Origin: Macrostomum lignano
Taxonomy: Eukaryota
Assembly: GCA_002269645.1 (NCBI GenBank)
Contig: NIVC01000785.1
Coordinates: forward strand, 220,054-284,053
DNA: 64,000 bases
Direction of reading: 5' to 3'
Shown here: positions 37,196 through 49,452 of the stretch, piece by piece
Layout of the letters: each line of letters begins with the position of its first letter
Numbering within the stretch: the first letter of the stretch is position 1
Program-made: the position numbers and the translations under genes
Notes under the pieces: generated by a model
Database searches by the model: none
The model's input: the letters and a program-made list of their open reading frames with translations, nothing else
What the model was told of the DNA's origin: nothing

Positions 37196-39084
37196 AAACT
37201 CCTGATCTCTAAAGTTTTAAACTGAGGGCTCTAGAGGGAGGGATGGCTTATATTTGCAAATGTAGAGCATTATTATTATTACATGATGAGGCGTTACTCT
37301 ATAAAAATAGCGCATTCGCAATCTGGCGATTCCCATTCATTGTGACTACCTCTTAGGTCTGTTTAGTATTTGAATTTGTTTGTTCTTAGGTGAGTAGTGA
37401 TTGTGTGCAAGTGTACAGTAGTTGTTGTGTTAGATGTTGTACATAACGAAGGGTGATTTTTCAACTAGACCTACCGATATGTCAGCCTCTAGTCTATCCG
37501 TCTGTCTGTCTGGCTTATGCCACGCGTTCTGTCTCCAAATCGTTATTCCAGGCTAAAAAACTGTTTCATTGCTCACTAATCAGTGCAGGTAAACCATTTT
37601 TTAACGGTTAGAATTCTTTCTAATTTGAAGTTGCGATCAGGGTTTTGAACAGTAGGTTAGTGATTTTGTGAGAAATAGTGAATTCTTGCTATGCATCTTT
37701 CTGTTCCATCCGATTAATTATGGAGATATTTTTATGCAAAGCAGCGGCGCGTCTTTTCCTTTTTCCCTCCAATGATTAACAGCTGCTGCAATTAATTGCG
37801 CGAGAGTGTCGAACGCCTTCTGGATATCCCTTAGGGGGCCAAACAAGTCTAAGAAATATTGAACGGCTTGGTCTCAAAAGGGGAGAAAAATAATCCTTAG
37901 ACAGCGGCGCGTGACTTGTCCGGCTTTCTGACTTGACCTCGTTTTGTCCTCTGGGATTTAACCCCCTCCCCCTCACTTGCCGACTATCAAGTAATTAGGA
38001 GTGAATGTTAAGCAAAGCTGCCGTATTGAAATAATTACAGCTTTTTTATTTGCGTAAAAATGCAATTTAAACACACTTCTGCAGGGCTCCTAAATCACTA
38101 ACTGCCTCAGTATATTAATTGTACTTTAAATTTTTTGCTTTTATTGCTTCTCTGCTTGCCTGTTATAAAGTTGTCAAATTTTAATAGGGACTCAAACTTG
38201 ACTAAGTTTTTTACGCTTCAAAAATCATATTTTTCTGTTCGAATAATTCTTTAATTATGTAAAAATCTATAAATCTTGCAATTGCTTTGTTTCTTGTCTT
38301 GTAAATTTTATATTGTCTGCAACTGTGCACTACTTACTTGACTAACAGTAGTATATATTGTATGCAAACCCGGCAATTCGCCGCAGCGTAACAATCAGGG
38401 ATTTATTGTTTCATTTTTTCACCTGTCGATATCGGATTTGAAAAGAGGATTGTACACCAAGCACCCCGCTCCCCAAGCCGCTGTGTGTGTTTCATTCAAC
38501 CCATAATTTTCCATTTCAATTTGTTTCTGTACAGGCCTGTACGCATCGTTGTCTTATATTGTCTTATAATTATGCAATTGATGTGTAGCCCGTATGTACT
38601 TTTCCCATAATAATCCTCTGCTGTTGCATAGGAATCTACCTCGGTTTTTGCCAGGCATAGCAACAAGCTGGATATCAAGTCGAGCTGAATTCCAGTGATC
38701 TATTTTTCAAATAATATACCCCTACGCCACGTAAGGTTATGCAATTTTTCGAAGTCTACTACTTCTTTGTCAGAGTAGTAGTATGAAAGCAACACAGTTG
38801 AGAACACGTGTTTCAAACTGATTTGTGAGCAGACGATGAAAGGCTTGTTAGCCTAAGATTATGCATTCAAATTTATTGCATTACATTACTGGGTCGGCAG
38901 AAACGACAAACCGCAAAATAAAATTTCATGTAACAAACTGACAGAATTACCAGAAAACAACGCTGACATAAGCACAAAATTGAGCATAAAAGTAAGTTAA
39001 TGTGAATTTTTTGACAACAAATTCCTAATTACACGCGAGATTTAATTGTAGAAGTTCAAATTTTTTTAATCTGGCTGCACGCAC

Positions 39085-39445
39085 AGTATCTATGGGATGG
39101 TTGTTGTTTTCGGTATCAATTCGGTAGCTATTCCGTATTTATGGGCCACACCGTTGCTTTTCGGTATCTATGGGACACCGTTGCTATTCGGTATCTATGG
39201 GACACCGTTGCTGTTCGGTATCTATGGCCCACACCGTTGCTGTTCGGTATCTATGGCGCACTATGTTGCTATACGGTATCTATGGAACACCGTTGCTAAT
39301 GGGACACACCGTTGCTATTCGGTATCTATGGGACACTGACACACCGTTGCTATTCGGTCTCTATGGGACACCGTTGCTATTCGGTATCTATGGCACACAC
39401 CGTTGCTAGCCTAGGGGAACATGTTGCTATTCGGTATCTGTGCTT
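39085..39445. repeat. About 27-bp minisatellite (ATTCGGTATCTATGGGACACCGTTGCT)
   Basis: Direct periodicity. Confidence 0.92.
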
Positions 39446-40026
39446 TGCCATTGCTAAAAGTGACTACAAAGCAACCAAATTGGTACTAAAGAGGCTTTAA
39501 CTGAATAAAAAATGCAGTGGCTGATAGCTTAGAGTGATAAATTTAAGTGTTGAAAAAGCCGCTAAACTCATTTATAAATAGCTACGAATGCAGCTGCATA
39601 ACCTGATGAACTTTGCTTAGTGAGATGAGAAATGATTATACTGGGCCGTAATAACTAAAATAATGTGTAACAAACGAGTACAGATTGGGTTACTACCAAT
39701 GATTTCTCGATAAAGAAAAGGCACAACATGTTCTAATCAAAGTACTACTGATAAAAGAAAACAGTAGATAAGAGCGCGAGCGCGTTCCCCATTCAAAATA
39801 TTTAACAATAGATATTCGGTATGCACTACTTACCTGAGCAAAAAACGCAGGTAAGTAGAAAGTGACGAATAGAAGCAGAAAAAAATTGCGCGGAAATAGA
39901 AACAACTACGAGACAACCAGAAGTAGGAAGCTGCTAGAACTGATGGAGTTCCATGCTAAAAATGATACAGATCGCTCTTTAGGTGAATATTTTAATCCAA
40001 CGTGACAGACAAACTCGATTCCCAAC

Positions 40027-40503
40027 TCAAATCAGCCTGAGAACCTCGGCCGAGTCCAGGAACACTCGGCCGGAGAAGCCGCCAAGCGCCAGTAGAGAAT
40101 CGGCGCCGAGCGCCACCAGACCCAGACCGGCGCGCGGCACCGCCAGCTGAGCGGAGGACGCCGACAAACAAGAAGCCGATGTCGCTTTCGCCGATGCGGC
40201 GAGATTCTCGCAGCCGACCAGCGCCGGCTGATGGCCGTCGGAGCCGCCGACGAGCCACAGGTCGCCGGGGCCCAGCGAGGCCATGGCGGCGCCGCGCCTC
40301 GGACAGGCGAGCGACAGCGGCTGCGACTGCGTCGGCTCAGCGTCGTCCACGAAGTCGTCATCTGAGGAGGATCCCCGGCCGAGCATCAGGTCGGATGTGA
40401 CCGGATTGGCGTCCCAGCGGTTGACGCGCGGATCCCACACTTCTAGGCTGGCCAGACAGCCGCCGCTCCAGCCGTCCGAGCCGCCGGCAACCCACAGCTG
40501 GCC
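40027..40503 (-). CDS. IVNS1ABP: BTB-Kelch protein exon 5 (last Kelch repeats)
   Basis: catcccag|GGC; GQLWVAGGSDG...PRRGAAMA...GGFSGRVFLDSAEV; TGA at 40027. Confidence 0.8.
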   Translation of the reverse strand, partial: GQLWVAGGSDGWSGGCLASLEVWDPRVNRWDANPVTSDLMLGRGSSSDDDFVDDAEPTQSQPLSLACPRRGAAMASLGPGDLWLVGGSDGHQPALVGCENLAASAKATSASCLSASSAQLAVPRAGLGLVALGADSLLALGGFSGRVFLDSAEVLRLI

Positions 40504-40537
40504 CTGGGATGGCGGATGGGGCAGCTGGGTGTTCGAC

Positions 40538-40614
40538 TGTCTGTCTGTCTGTCTGTCTGTCTGACTGTCTGTCTGACTGTCTGTCTGTCTGTCTGTCTGT
40601 CTGTCTGCCTGTCA

Positions 40615-40654
<40 letters not shown>

Positions 40655-40740
40655 TAGTGTCTGTCTTAGTATCTGTCTTAGTGTCTGTCTTAGTGTCTGT
40701 CTTAGTGTCTGTCTGTCTGTCTATCTGTCTGTCTGCCTGT
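40538..40740. repeat. (CTGT)n microsatellite with 12-bp variant
   Basis: Direct. Confidence 0.95.
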
Positions 40741-41110
40741 GTCCTAGTGATAGTTAATCTATCCTTCTGACTTTCTGCTATTGGCATGTCTAAGTGACTA
40801 ACGGTAGGTAACACAGGTAAAATAGGAAAGAAATGAAATTTTAGAGACGACTCTAAAACGACGAGATGTCACGTTACAGGTCGCCACGTTAGAGTCGCCT
40901 GAGAGCCACTCTAAAGTGTTTTTATTGTTTGCGACTCTGGAGCCGCAGAGTCAGATCTGAGGCGTGCCAGAGACGCTGCAGAATGACTGATTTGCGTCTA
41001 AAGCGCATCTGAGTCACTTTCAATTACATCATTGTTTTTTTGTCAATATTAAACTAACCTGGGCAACGCGCATCAATGTCGCGCTGCCAGTACAGCTATC
41101 AGATACTTGC

Positions 41111-41335
41111 CTGGTGAGCGGCCATGCAGCACTCGTTTCTGGGTTCGGACAGTCCCGGCATTGCCTGCCAGCGGCCGACGCGCGGGTCCAACCATTCGGC
41201 GTAGCGCACCGACGCTGCGCCGTATCGGCCGCCGACGGCAAACACGGCGCCGTTTAGTTCGGCGACGGCGCAGCCGCTGCGGGCGCGCGACATCGGCGGG
41301 CCGGGCAGCCAATGGTTGCCGTCGAACTCTTCAAC
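41111..41335 (-). CDS. IVNS1ABP: BTB-Kelch protein exon 4
   Basis: gctcag|GTT ... CAG|gcaagt (GC donor); MSRARSGCAVAELNGAVFAVGG. Confidence 0.82.
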
Positions 41336-41364
41336 CTGAGCGAGCGAATGGCGAGGATTCAAGC

Positions 41365-42250
41365 CTCAGGGATCTGAGGAGGTGCTCAAGCTGAGGATCC
41401 AATGAGGAGGTGCTCAAGCTGAGGATCCAATGAGGAGGTGCTCAAGCTGAGGATCCAATGAGAAGGTGCTCAAGCTGAGGAGTGCATGATGAGGAGATGC
41501 TCAAGCTGAGGAGTGCATGATGAGGAGGTGCTCAAGCTGAGGATCCAATGAGAAGGTGCTCAAGCTGAGGATCCAATGAGAAGGTGCTCAAGCTGAGGAG
41601 TGCATGATGAGGAGATGCTCAAGCTGAGGAGTGCATGATGAGAAGATGCTCAAGCTGAGCAGTGCATGATGAGAAGATGCTCAAGCTGAGGAGTGCATGA
41701 TGAGAAGATGCTCAAGCTGAGCAGTACATGATGAGAAGATGCTCAAGCTGAGGAGTGCATGATGAGAAGATGCTCAAACTGAGGAGTGCATGATGAGGAG
41801 ATGCTCAAGCTGAGGAGTGCATGATGAGGAGATGCTCAAGCTGAGGAGTGCATGATGAGAAGATGCTCAAGCTGAGGAGTGCATGATGAGGAGATGCTCA
41901 AGCTGAGCAGTGCATGATGAGAAGATGCTCAAGCTGATGAGTGTATGATGAGAAGATGCTCAAGCTGAGGAGTGCATGATGAGGAGATGCTCAAGCTGAG
42001 CAGTGCATGATGAGGAGATGCTCAAGCTGAGGAGTGTATGATGAGAAGATGCTCAAGCTGATGAGTGCATGATGAGGAGATGCTCAAGCTGAGGAGTGCA
42101 TGATGAGGAGATGCTCAAGCTGAGCAGTGCATGATGAGGAGATGCTCAAGCTGAGGAGTGTATGATGAGAAGATGCTCAAGCTGATGAGTGCATGATGAG
42201 GAGATGCTCAAGCTGAGGAGTGTATGATGAGAAGATGCTCAAGCTGAGCG
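41365..42250. repeat. 29/31-bp minisatellite (GCTCAAGCTGAGGAGTGCATGATGAGAAGAT)
   Basis: Direct periodicity. Confidence 0.97.
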
Positions 42251-42281
42251 CTCAGCCTGTGACGCTGGGACTCCAGCTCAC

Positions 42282-42830
42282 CGTGGCCAACTCAGAGACG
42301 CCATCGGAGCCGCCGCAGGCGAATACACGGCAGGCGCCGGTTCTGCCAACAACAGCGGCTGCAGAGAAGCGACTACGCGGGCCGCCTGCTAGCTCGGGTC
42401 CGGGACGCCAGGCGCCGCTGTCCGGGCAGTAGATCTCGCAGCTGCGCAGACACTGACCGCGATTATAACCCCCGGCAACCAGCAGTTTAAATCCGCCTTC
42501 GCTTTTATCGTCCAGTCTAACAGCGCCAAAGGAGGCCCTGGGCGACAGCATGTACGGGAAATGATCGCCGTGGCCGCTAGTAGACGCCGAGTTGTCGCTG
42601 TGAAATGAGACCACGCTGCTCTGGGCGGACGAGCGGCGTCGAACCCGGCACTGCTCCCGCAGCAGGGGGTCCTCGGCTAGGGGCAGCTGGCGCACGCTCA
42701 TGAGACAGAGGGAGGGGCCGAGCCGGGCGAGCAGGAGCAGGCAGCTGGCGCCAGCCCGCTGCTGCGGCTGCTGATCGATTATTGACAGCACTCGAGAGGG
42801 CAGCTGACGTGAGGAGCGCTGGTTGTTGCT
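42282..42830 (-). CDS. IVNS1ABP: BTB-Kelch protein exon 3 (linker plus first Kelch repeats)
   Basis: aatcccag|AGC ... ACG|gtgagc; AGGYNRGQCLRSCEIY resembles NS1-BP AGGYNREECLRTVECY as recalled. Confidence 0.8.
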
Positions 42831-42892
42831 CTGGGATTTATTAGGGAAGAGAGGGAGGCTGAGGCTGTTGTATTTGAAAATCACAGTGTATC

Positions 42893-44015
42893 AGGCTGGC
42901 TCAGCAACTGACACTCTGGGAGGCTGGCTCAGCAACTGACACTCTGGGAGGCTGGCTCAGCAACTGACACTCTGGGAGGCTGGCTCAGCAACTGACACTC
43001 TGGAAGGCTGGCTCAGCAACTGAGGATCTGGGAGGCTGGCTCAGCAACTGACACTCTGGGAGGCTGGCTCAGCAACTGACACTCTGGGAGGCTGGCCCAG
43101 CAACTGACACTCTGGGAGGCTGGCCTAGCAACTGACACTCTGGGAGTGGGAGGCTGGTCCAGCAACAGAGGATCTGGGAGGCTGGTCCAGCAACTGACAC
43201 TCTGGGAGGCTGGCCCAGCAACTGAGGATCTGGGAGGCTGGCCCAGCAACTGAGGATCTGGGAGGCTGGCCCAGCAACTGACACTCTGGGAGGCTGGCCC
43301 AGCAACTGACACTCTGGGAGGCTGGCCCAGCAACTGACACTCTGGGAGGCTGGCCCAGCAACTGACACTCTGGGAGGCTGGCCCAGCAACTGAGGATCTG
43401 GGAGGCTGGGCCAGCAACTGAGGATCTGAGAGGCTGGCACAGCAACTGAGGATCTGGGATGCTGGCTCAGCAACTGACACTCTGGGAGGCTGGCCCAGCA
43501 ACTGACACTCTGGGAGGCTGGCCCAGCAACTGACACTCTGGGAGGCTGGCCCAGCAACTGAGGATCTGGGAGGCTGGCCCAGCAACTGAGGATCTGGAAG
43601 GCTGGCCCAGCAACTGAGGATCTGGGAGGCTGGCCCAGCAACTGACACTCTGGGAGGCTGGCCCAGCAACTGACACTCTGGGAGGCTGGCCCAGCAACTG
43701 ACACTCTGGGAGGCTGGCCCAGCAACTGACACTCTGGGAGGCTGGCCCAGCAACTGACACTCTGGGAGGCTGGCCCAGCAACTGAGGATCTGGGAGGCTG
43801 GCCCAGCAACTGAGGATCTGGGAGGCTGGCCCAGCAACTGAGGATCTGGGAGGCTGGCCCAGCAACTGAGGATCTGGGAGGCTGGCCCAGCAACTGAGGA
43901 TCTGGGAGGCTGGCCCAGCAACTGAGGATCTGGGAGGCTGGCCCAGCAACTGAGGATCTGGGAGGCTGGCCCAGCAACAGAGGATCTGGGAGGCTGGCAT
44001 AGCAACAGAGGATCT
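42893..44015. repeat. 28-bp minisatellite (GGCTGGCCCAGCAACTGACACTCTGGGA), about 40 units
   Basis: Direct periodicity. Confidence 0.97.
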
Positions 44016-44022
44016 AACGCAC

Positions 44023-44531
44023 CATGATCTTAGCGTGCATCCGACGCGAATCAATGTAATCCCTCAGCTGAGGCAGGTGGCTGGCCAGCTCAAGCTTCGC
44101 GTCGTCGGCGGCCGCAGCGTCCTCGGGACCCGAGGAGTCGGACAAAGCCACCGCAGCAGCCGCAGCGACAACAGCCGTGGCGAACTGCTGCTGCTCGCAG
44201 TCGATAACAGCCGAACCGTCTGAGGTCAGGTAGAGCAGGTGAACCTGGCCGGCGATGTGCGCCAGGAGTCGCTGAGCAGTGGCTGTCTGGCAGAAGTCGC
44301 CGAGAGTAGCGACAGCTTCGCCGTACTCCTTCGCCCCGCCGGAGCCAGTCACTGTATTCCGGTCCGCGTCCCCGTTGTCGCTCAAGTCCGTGTCGCTGTC
44401 GGACGAGTCGGAGTCGGAAGTGCGGCGGTGTCGATCCCGACAGTCCAGTATCAGACGGTGTAGGGTTCCGGCGAACCAGTCGCACAGCAGGTCGCCTATA
44501 GCGGCTGAGCTGGCGGTCTCAGTGGAGCCGA
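44023..44531 (-). CDS. IVNS1ABP: BTB-Kelch protein exon 2 (BACK-like, acidic Ser insert)
   Basis: ctcgcag|TC phase 1, ATG|gtgcgt phase 0; open throughout. Confidence 0.75.
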
Positions 44532-44547
44532 CTGCGAGTGAGGACAG

Positions 44548-45082
44548 GTGTGTGTGCTGCCAGCTCTTGTTTGTGTGCTGCCAGCTCTTGTTTGTGTACT
44601 GCCAGCTCTTGTTTGTGTGCTGCCAGCTCTTGTTTGTGTACTGCCAGCTCTTGTTTGTGTACTGCCAGCTCTTGTTTGTGTGCTGCCAGCTCTTGTTTGT
44701 GTGCTGCCAGCTCTTGTTTGTGTGCTGCCAGCTCTTGTTTGTGTGCTGCCAGCTCTGAGCTCTTGTTTGTGTGCTGCCAGCTCTTGTTTGTGTGCTGCCA
44801 GCTCTGAGCTCTTGTTTGTGTGCTGCCAGCTCTTGTTTGTGCGCTGCCAGCTCTTGTTTGTGTGCTGCCAGCTCTTGTTTGTGTGCTGCCAGCTCTTGTT
44901 TGTGTGCTGCCAGCTCTTGTTTGTGTGCTGCCAGCTCTTGTTTATGTGCTGCCAGCTATAGTGAGTGTGCTGCCAGCTATAGTGAGTGTGCTGCCAGCTA
45001 TAGTGATTGTGCTGCCAGCTCTTGTTTATGTGCTGCCAGCTATAGTGAGTGTGCTGCCAGCTATAGTGAGTGTGCTGCCAGT
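44548..45082. repeat. 21-bp minisatellite (GTGCTGCCAGCTCTTGTTTGT)
   Basis: Direct periodicity. Confidence 0.96.
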
Positions 45083-45704
45083 TCTGAATCAGTCAGTGGG
45101 TAGGTACCTAGTGACACCAATACATTACATATTAAGGGAAACCTCTATAAAGTCACACGATATAATAATACTCATACGTGGATTTCGCATGGTATTCATA
45201 GCATAACTTTCAACGGAAAGCAGCTAACAGAACCCAGTTTTTCAGGCAGTTTAAACCCAGTTTTAGTTGTAGGAGTTACCAGTAAATCGAATAGCGATAC
45301 ATAAATCACATGCAGTCAGCTAAAGTAGCAATTTCACTCTCACTGCTAGTGCCTGCTATGCCATCCCAAAGCGGTGTAGCTAGGAAGGCAACAAGTAAAC
45401 ATGTTATTGCGCACTTTTATAATCAAGTCGCGACTCGTGACTTAAGAGAAGTTTGTTAATTTTAAAGATATTAAGAATTCATATAGATTGCGTAACTCTT
45501 ACCTAGCAGGTCAACTTTTATCTTAGGCAGCGGACAATCCAAGTCCAAGTCTACTATCTCTGCCAAATGCTGCACAATGTAGTTATCGATACCGTCAACT
45601 AGGCTGTCAAAGTCGGTTACTTGGGAGCGAAGCTCTGAAATATGGCACAGAGTTTTGGGAGAATTCATACAGATAGTATTAGAGGAATTCATGCCGGATT
45701 ACCC

Positions 45705-46095
45705 GTGACACCTGTGGGATTTTAGATCAATGGGGGATTAGTGGCAACACCTGTGGGATCTGATATCCATGGGAGATTAGTAGCGAGACACCTGTGGGAT
45801 CTGAGATCCATGGGATGTTAAAGGCGAACATCTTTGGGATCTGAGATCCATGGGAGATTAGTGGCGAGACACTTGGGGGATCTGAGATCCATGGGAGATT
45901 AGTGGCGAGACACCTGGGGGGATCTGAGATCCATGGGAGATTAAAGGCGAACACCTGTGGGATCTGAGATCCATGGGAGATTAGTGGCGACACTAATGTG
46001 AGATCTGAGATCCATGGAGATTAGCGACACCTGGGGGATCTATAGGAGATTAGCGACACTAGTGGGATCTGAGATCCATGGGAGATTAGTGGCGA
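45705..46095. repeat. About 40-bp minisatellite (GGGATCTGAGATCCATGGGAGATTAGTGGCGA...)
   Basis: Direct periodicity. Confidence 0.9.
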
Positions 46096-46164
46096 CATGT
46101 GGGGGAGCTCCAAGATGCACAATCAAGCTGCGGAAAAGAAGGCACAAAAGCAGAATACACCAAC

Positions 46165-46552
46165 CAAGCACGTTGCGCGGCTTCAACCCAGCCAGTAGTG
46201 TCTGGGCGCAGTACTTGACCAGAACAGGCAGGCGTAGGTAGCAGGCTGCCGAGTGCAGCTGGGCCAGAGCCAGAGGCTCCATCGAGCCGGGATCCGGCAG
46301 GCAGCCGGTGTAGACAAAGTGCAGCGCATGGCTAAACGCATCAGGCGTGAGATGACGCGGTAGGTTAAAGTGTCCACAGTTTGGTTCCTCAGTTAGCAGG
46401 CGCATGAAATGCGGTGACGCCGCCGCTAGAACGCATTTGTGCGCCAGAAAGCGGCGCCCGTGAACGCTAATCTGCAGATCGCAAAACATGCCCTCCTCGC
46501 GTAGCTTGGCCAGCTTGGCCAGGTGATCGGGTATGCCACTAGGCTCAGACAT
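46165..46552 (-). CDS. IVNS1ABP: BTB-Kelch protein exon 1 (BTB)
   Basis: FCDLQISVHGRRFLAHKCVLAAASPHF; donor G|gttggt phase 1. Joined CDS is 2148 nt (715 aa). The symbol rests on recalled similarity only. Confidence 0.85.
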
Positions 46553-47644
46553 TTGGGATACGGTATAGCCTGTCCGTTTAAATGTTGTGGCCTCTCTGGA
46601 CTGCTAATTTTAAGTGCAACGCATTCAAGCATGCAATTTTTTATTCAGAGTCTTGATGTTCAGAATGAACTTGAATAGACAATATAATGGCATGAAAACA
46701 CAGTAAACACAATCATGCTTAAGCCATGGATCACTGGTTTGATTTTGTGTGCATTCATATTAGTTTGTGGCTTGTGCAAAAAATATCCTAAGGCTACATT
46801 GCTGCTAAGCTTTTGGAAAAAAAGGCCTACATTTCGGTTTACACACAATGATAAACCTTAAACTTAATTTGGTATATAAACAAAGTTTATCAGAATATAA
46901 ATAAAAGAAATTTGTAATCAATTTAAATGATCAAAACATTTTGAACATTTTGCATAGGAACATGAATTTTATTAAGTCAAATGTATACTTTTACAATTAA
47001 AAAACATAAAAAGCATGTTTAACTTCATCAGAACTATATAAATAGCAATGCTATAGTACTTAGCCATTGCTACTACGAGCTATTTAAACATTTTTTAAAT
47101 TATCAAGTTAGTTCATAGATAAAACAATTTCTAATCTTAGCATATTAGCATAAGGTGCTAATATTTGTTTTTATTGTAATAGGCAATCTAACAACATTGC
47201 TATTAATATTTTATTAAAATGCCATAGGGTTAATAATCTCTCTATTAAAATCTACATATACTAATTAATGTAATAAACATGACATTAGGAACAAAATTTA
47301 CTCCATAATGTTTTAGCTCTAACTTTTTTTGCTTAAACTCTAGCTACATTTCAAAAAGGCTTTAGATCTTATAGTTAGACATAGTCCATTGGATTTTTAA
47401 TACAAATAGTTGGTAAATCACTAGATCAGTAGCAGCATTGTTATAGACAAGATTGGCAATAGCATCGGGCAATGGGCATTGGCACTTATCACATTTTTTC
47501 TAGTATACACATACACTAAGCTATGCCTTTACTTAAAAAAATAATTATAAATAGTAAAGTGATTGCAGTTTCACTTTAACTTTATATAATTTATCCCATA
47601 TATACTTAAAAAAATTTATGAATGATATAGACATATTGTATAAT

Positions 47645-48290
47645 GGCAACCAATCAAAAGGGTGACAGATGAAAAGGGCAACAGTCAAAAGGGCGATAGT
47701 CAAAAGGGTGACAGGGTATTAGACCAAGAACTACTTAAGTAGAAGATTGGGAAACCTTGTTTCTTTGAAAATCTTAGAATCTGCCTCCTATCAAAAGCAA
47801 TAACAAGATATGTTAAGACATTAGAAATATTAGGCCTAGAATTGTAAGTGTTGGTATTGTGCATGTATATATACATTAATGTACATTTAAACAGTTCAAT
47901 GAGGTTTATTTATTTTATTTATTTACTTCAAATACTGGAGAAAATTCAGCCGTGGCAACTGCTTAGCAGATGATCTACTAAAGGCAGTTAGTGAAATAAA
48001 TGGACCTCACTGAACCACATTTTAACATTAATAGTGTGTCCAATATGTGTCCAGCTTTTATACATAACTGCTTGTACATTTTTAACAATGTAACAATGTA
48101 TGGTAACAATACCATATATTGTTTTAACAAATACAAGTATGATACATTTTTACTGCTCTAGCAGTAACAAATACTTCTAATGTATATGGAACTTGTAATT
48201 TCAATATAAGTACACTGTAACTGTCGCCCTTTAGATTCTCGCCCTTTTGACTATCGCCCTTTTGATCTGTCACCCTTTTGACTTGCAGCC
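47645..48290. mobile_element. MULE-like MITE
   Basis: GGC termini, inverted CAAAAGGGYGAYAG subrepeats, exact 9-bp TSD TTGTATAAT at 47636-47644 and 48291-48299. Confidence 0.82.
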
Positions 48291-48788
48291 TTGTATAATG
48301 TAGTAAAAATAAATAGTATAATAAAAATAATAATGAAAAATGATAGACAAAAATTGAAACATTTTATACTATTAATAGATAAAGGTTTTTGGATAGTTTC
48401 TTCTTTTATTTTCTATCTTTATCTTTATTTTAAGTAGACATATTAGTTTTAATTTAGAAAAAAGTTTCTTTTTACTTATCCATAAATACAATTACAAAAC
48501 CTATTAACTATTTACTATACTTTAGACAAAAAAATTATTTTTCTTATATTTAAAAAATAGGTCCTATGCCTTACTATTTAGAATTCTTATGGCATAAATT
48601 ATGACCATCAATGCCACCTTATCTATAATGTGCAAAGTAAAGATTCCAATGATATATTTTTTGATATTTTAAGATTTTGATGTCCAACTTATTTGTTTAA
48701 GTAAAAGACCCTAGGATCTTTTTTGCTTAAAAAGTTTTAATTTTTTATTGATTTTTGTATATTTTTAGTAGCTGGGTCATTTTAAGAT

Positions 48789-49452
48789 GGCAGTGCTTAT
48801 CCCCACGGTACCGTAGGAATAATTTCTGTCTTATTCCAACGGTACCGTGCGAATAATTTTCTGCTTATCCGCACGGCACACTGAGGAGATAGCTGCCCTA
48901 TCTTCTACATATGCCGTGCGAATAATTTTCTGCTTATCCGCATGGCACACTGACGAGATAGCTGCCCTATCTTCTACATATGCCGTGTTTAGTACATACG
49001 ATTTGAGTGCAGTATAACAACTTTGTTGAATTATTGTTGAATAAGTATACAGAAGGGTATCAGTAAAGCAGAATAACACGCATTTACACATGCATATACT
49101 AGTCTAGAACTGATTCGAGTTTATACATCATCAAGATCAACAGCTTCTTAGTATCCTCAGTTCAAATTCCCTTTCAATAAGCTATAAACTATTCACGCAC
49201 AACATATATATGTAGCAGATAAAAACCGATAGGGCAGCTAGTAAAGCAGAGGAAATAAAACAGAGGACGTGTAGGGCAGCTATCTCGTCAGTGTGCCGTG
49301 CGGATAAGCAGAAAATTATTCCCACGGCATATGTAGAAGATAGGGCAGCTATCTCGTCAGTGTGCCGTGCGGATAAGCAGAAAATTATTCGCACGGTACC
49401 GTTGGAATAAGACAGAAATTATTCCTACGGTACCGTGGGGATAAGCACTGCC
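48789..49452. mobile_element. MULE-like mini-foldback with about 190-bp internally repetitive TIRs
   Basis: GGCAGTGCTTATCCCCACGG / CCGTGGGGATAAGCACTGCC; exact 9-bp TSD TTTTAAGAT at 48780-48788 and 49453-49461. Confidence 0.9.

Noticed and set aside
41365-42250. CTGAGGA repeats as tandem hammerheads or retrozymes
   Set aside because: No GAAA or stem architecture; the 31-bp unit is too short.
33-46095. Short-period arrays as CRISPR
   Set aside because: No unique spacers, no cas genes, and the context is spliced eukaryotic genes.
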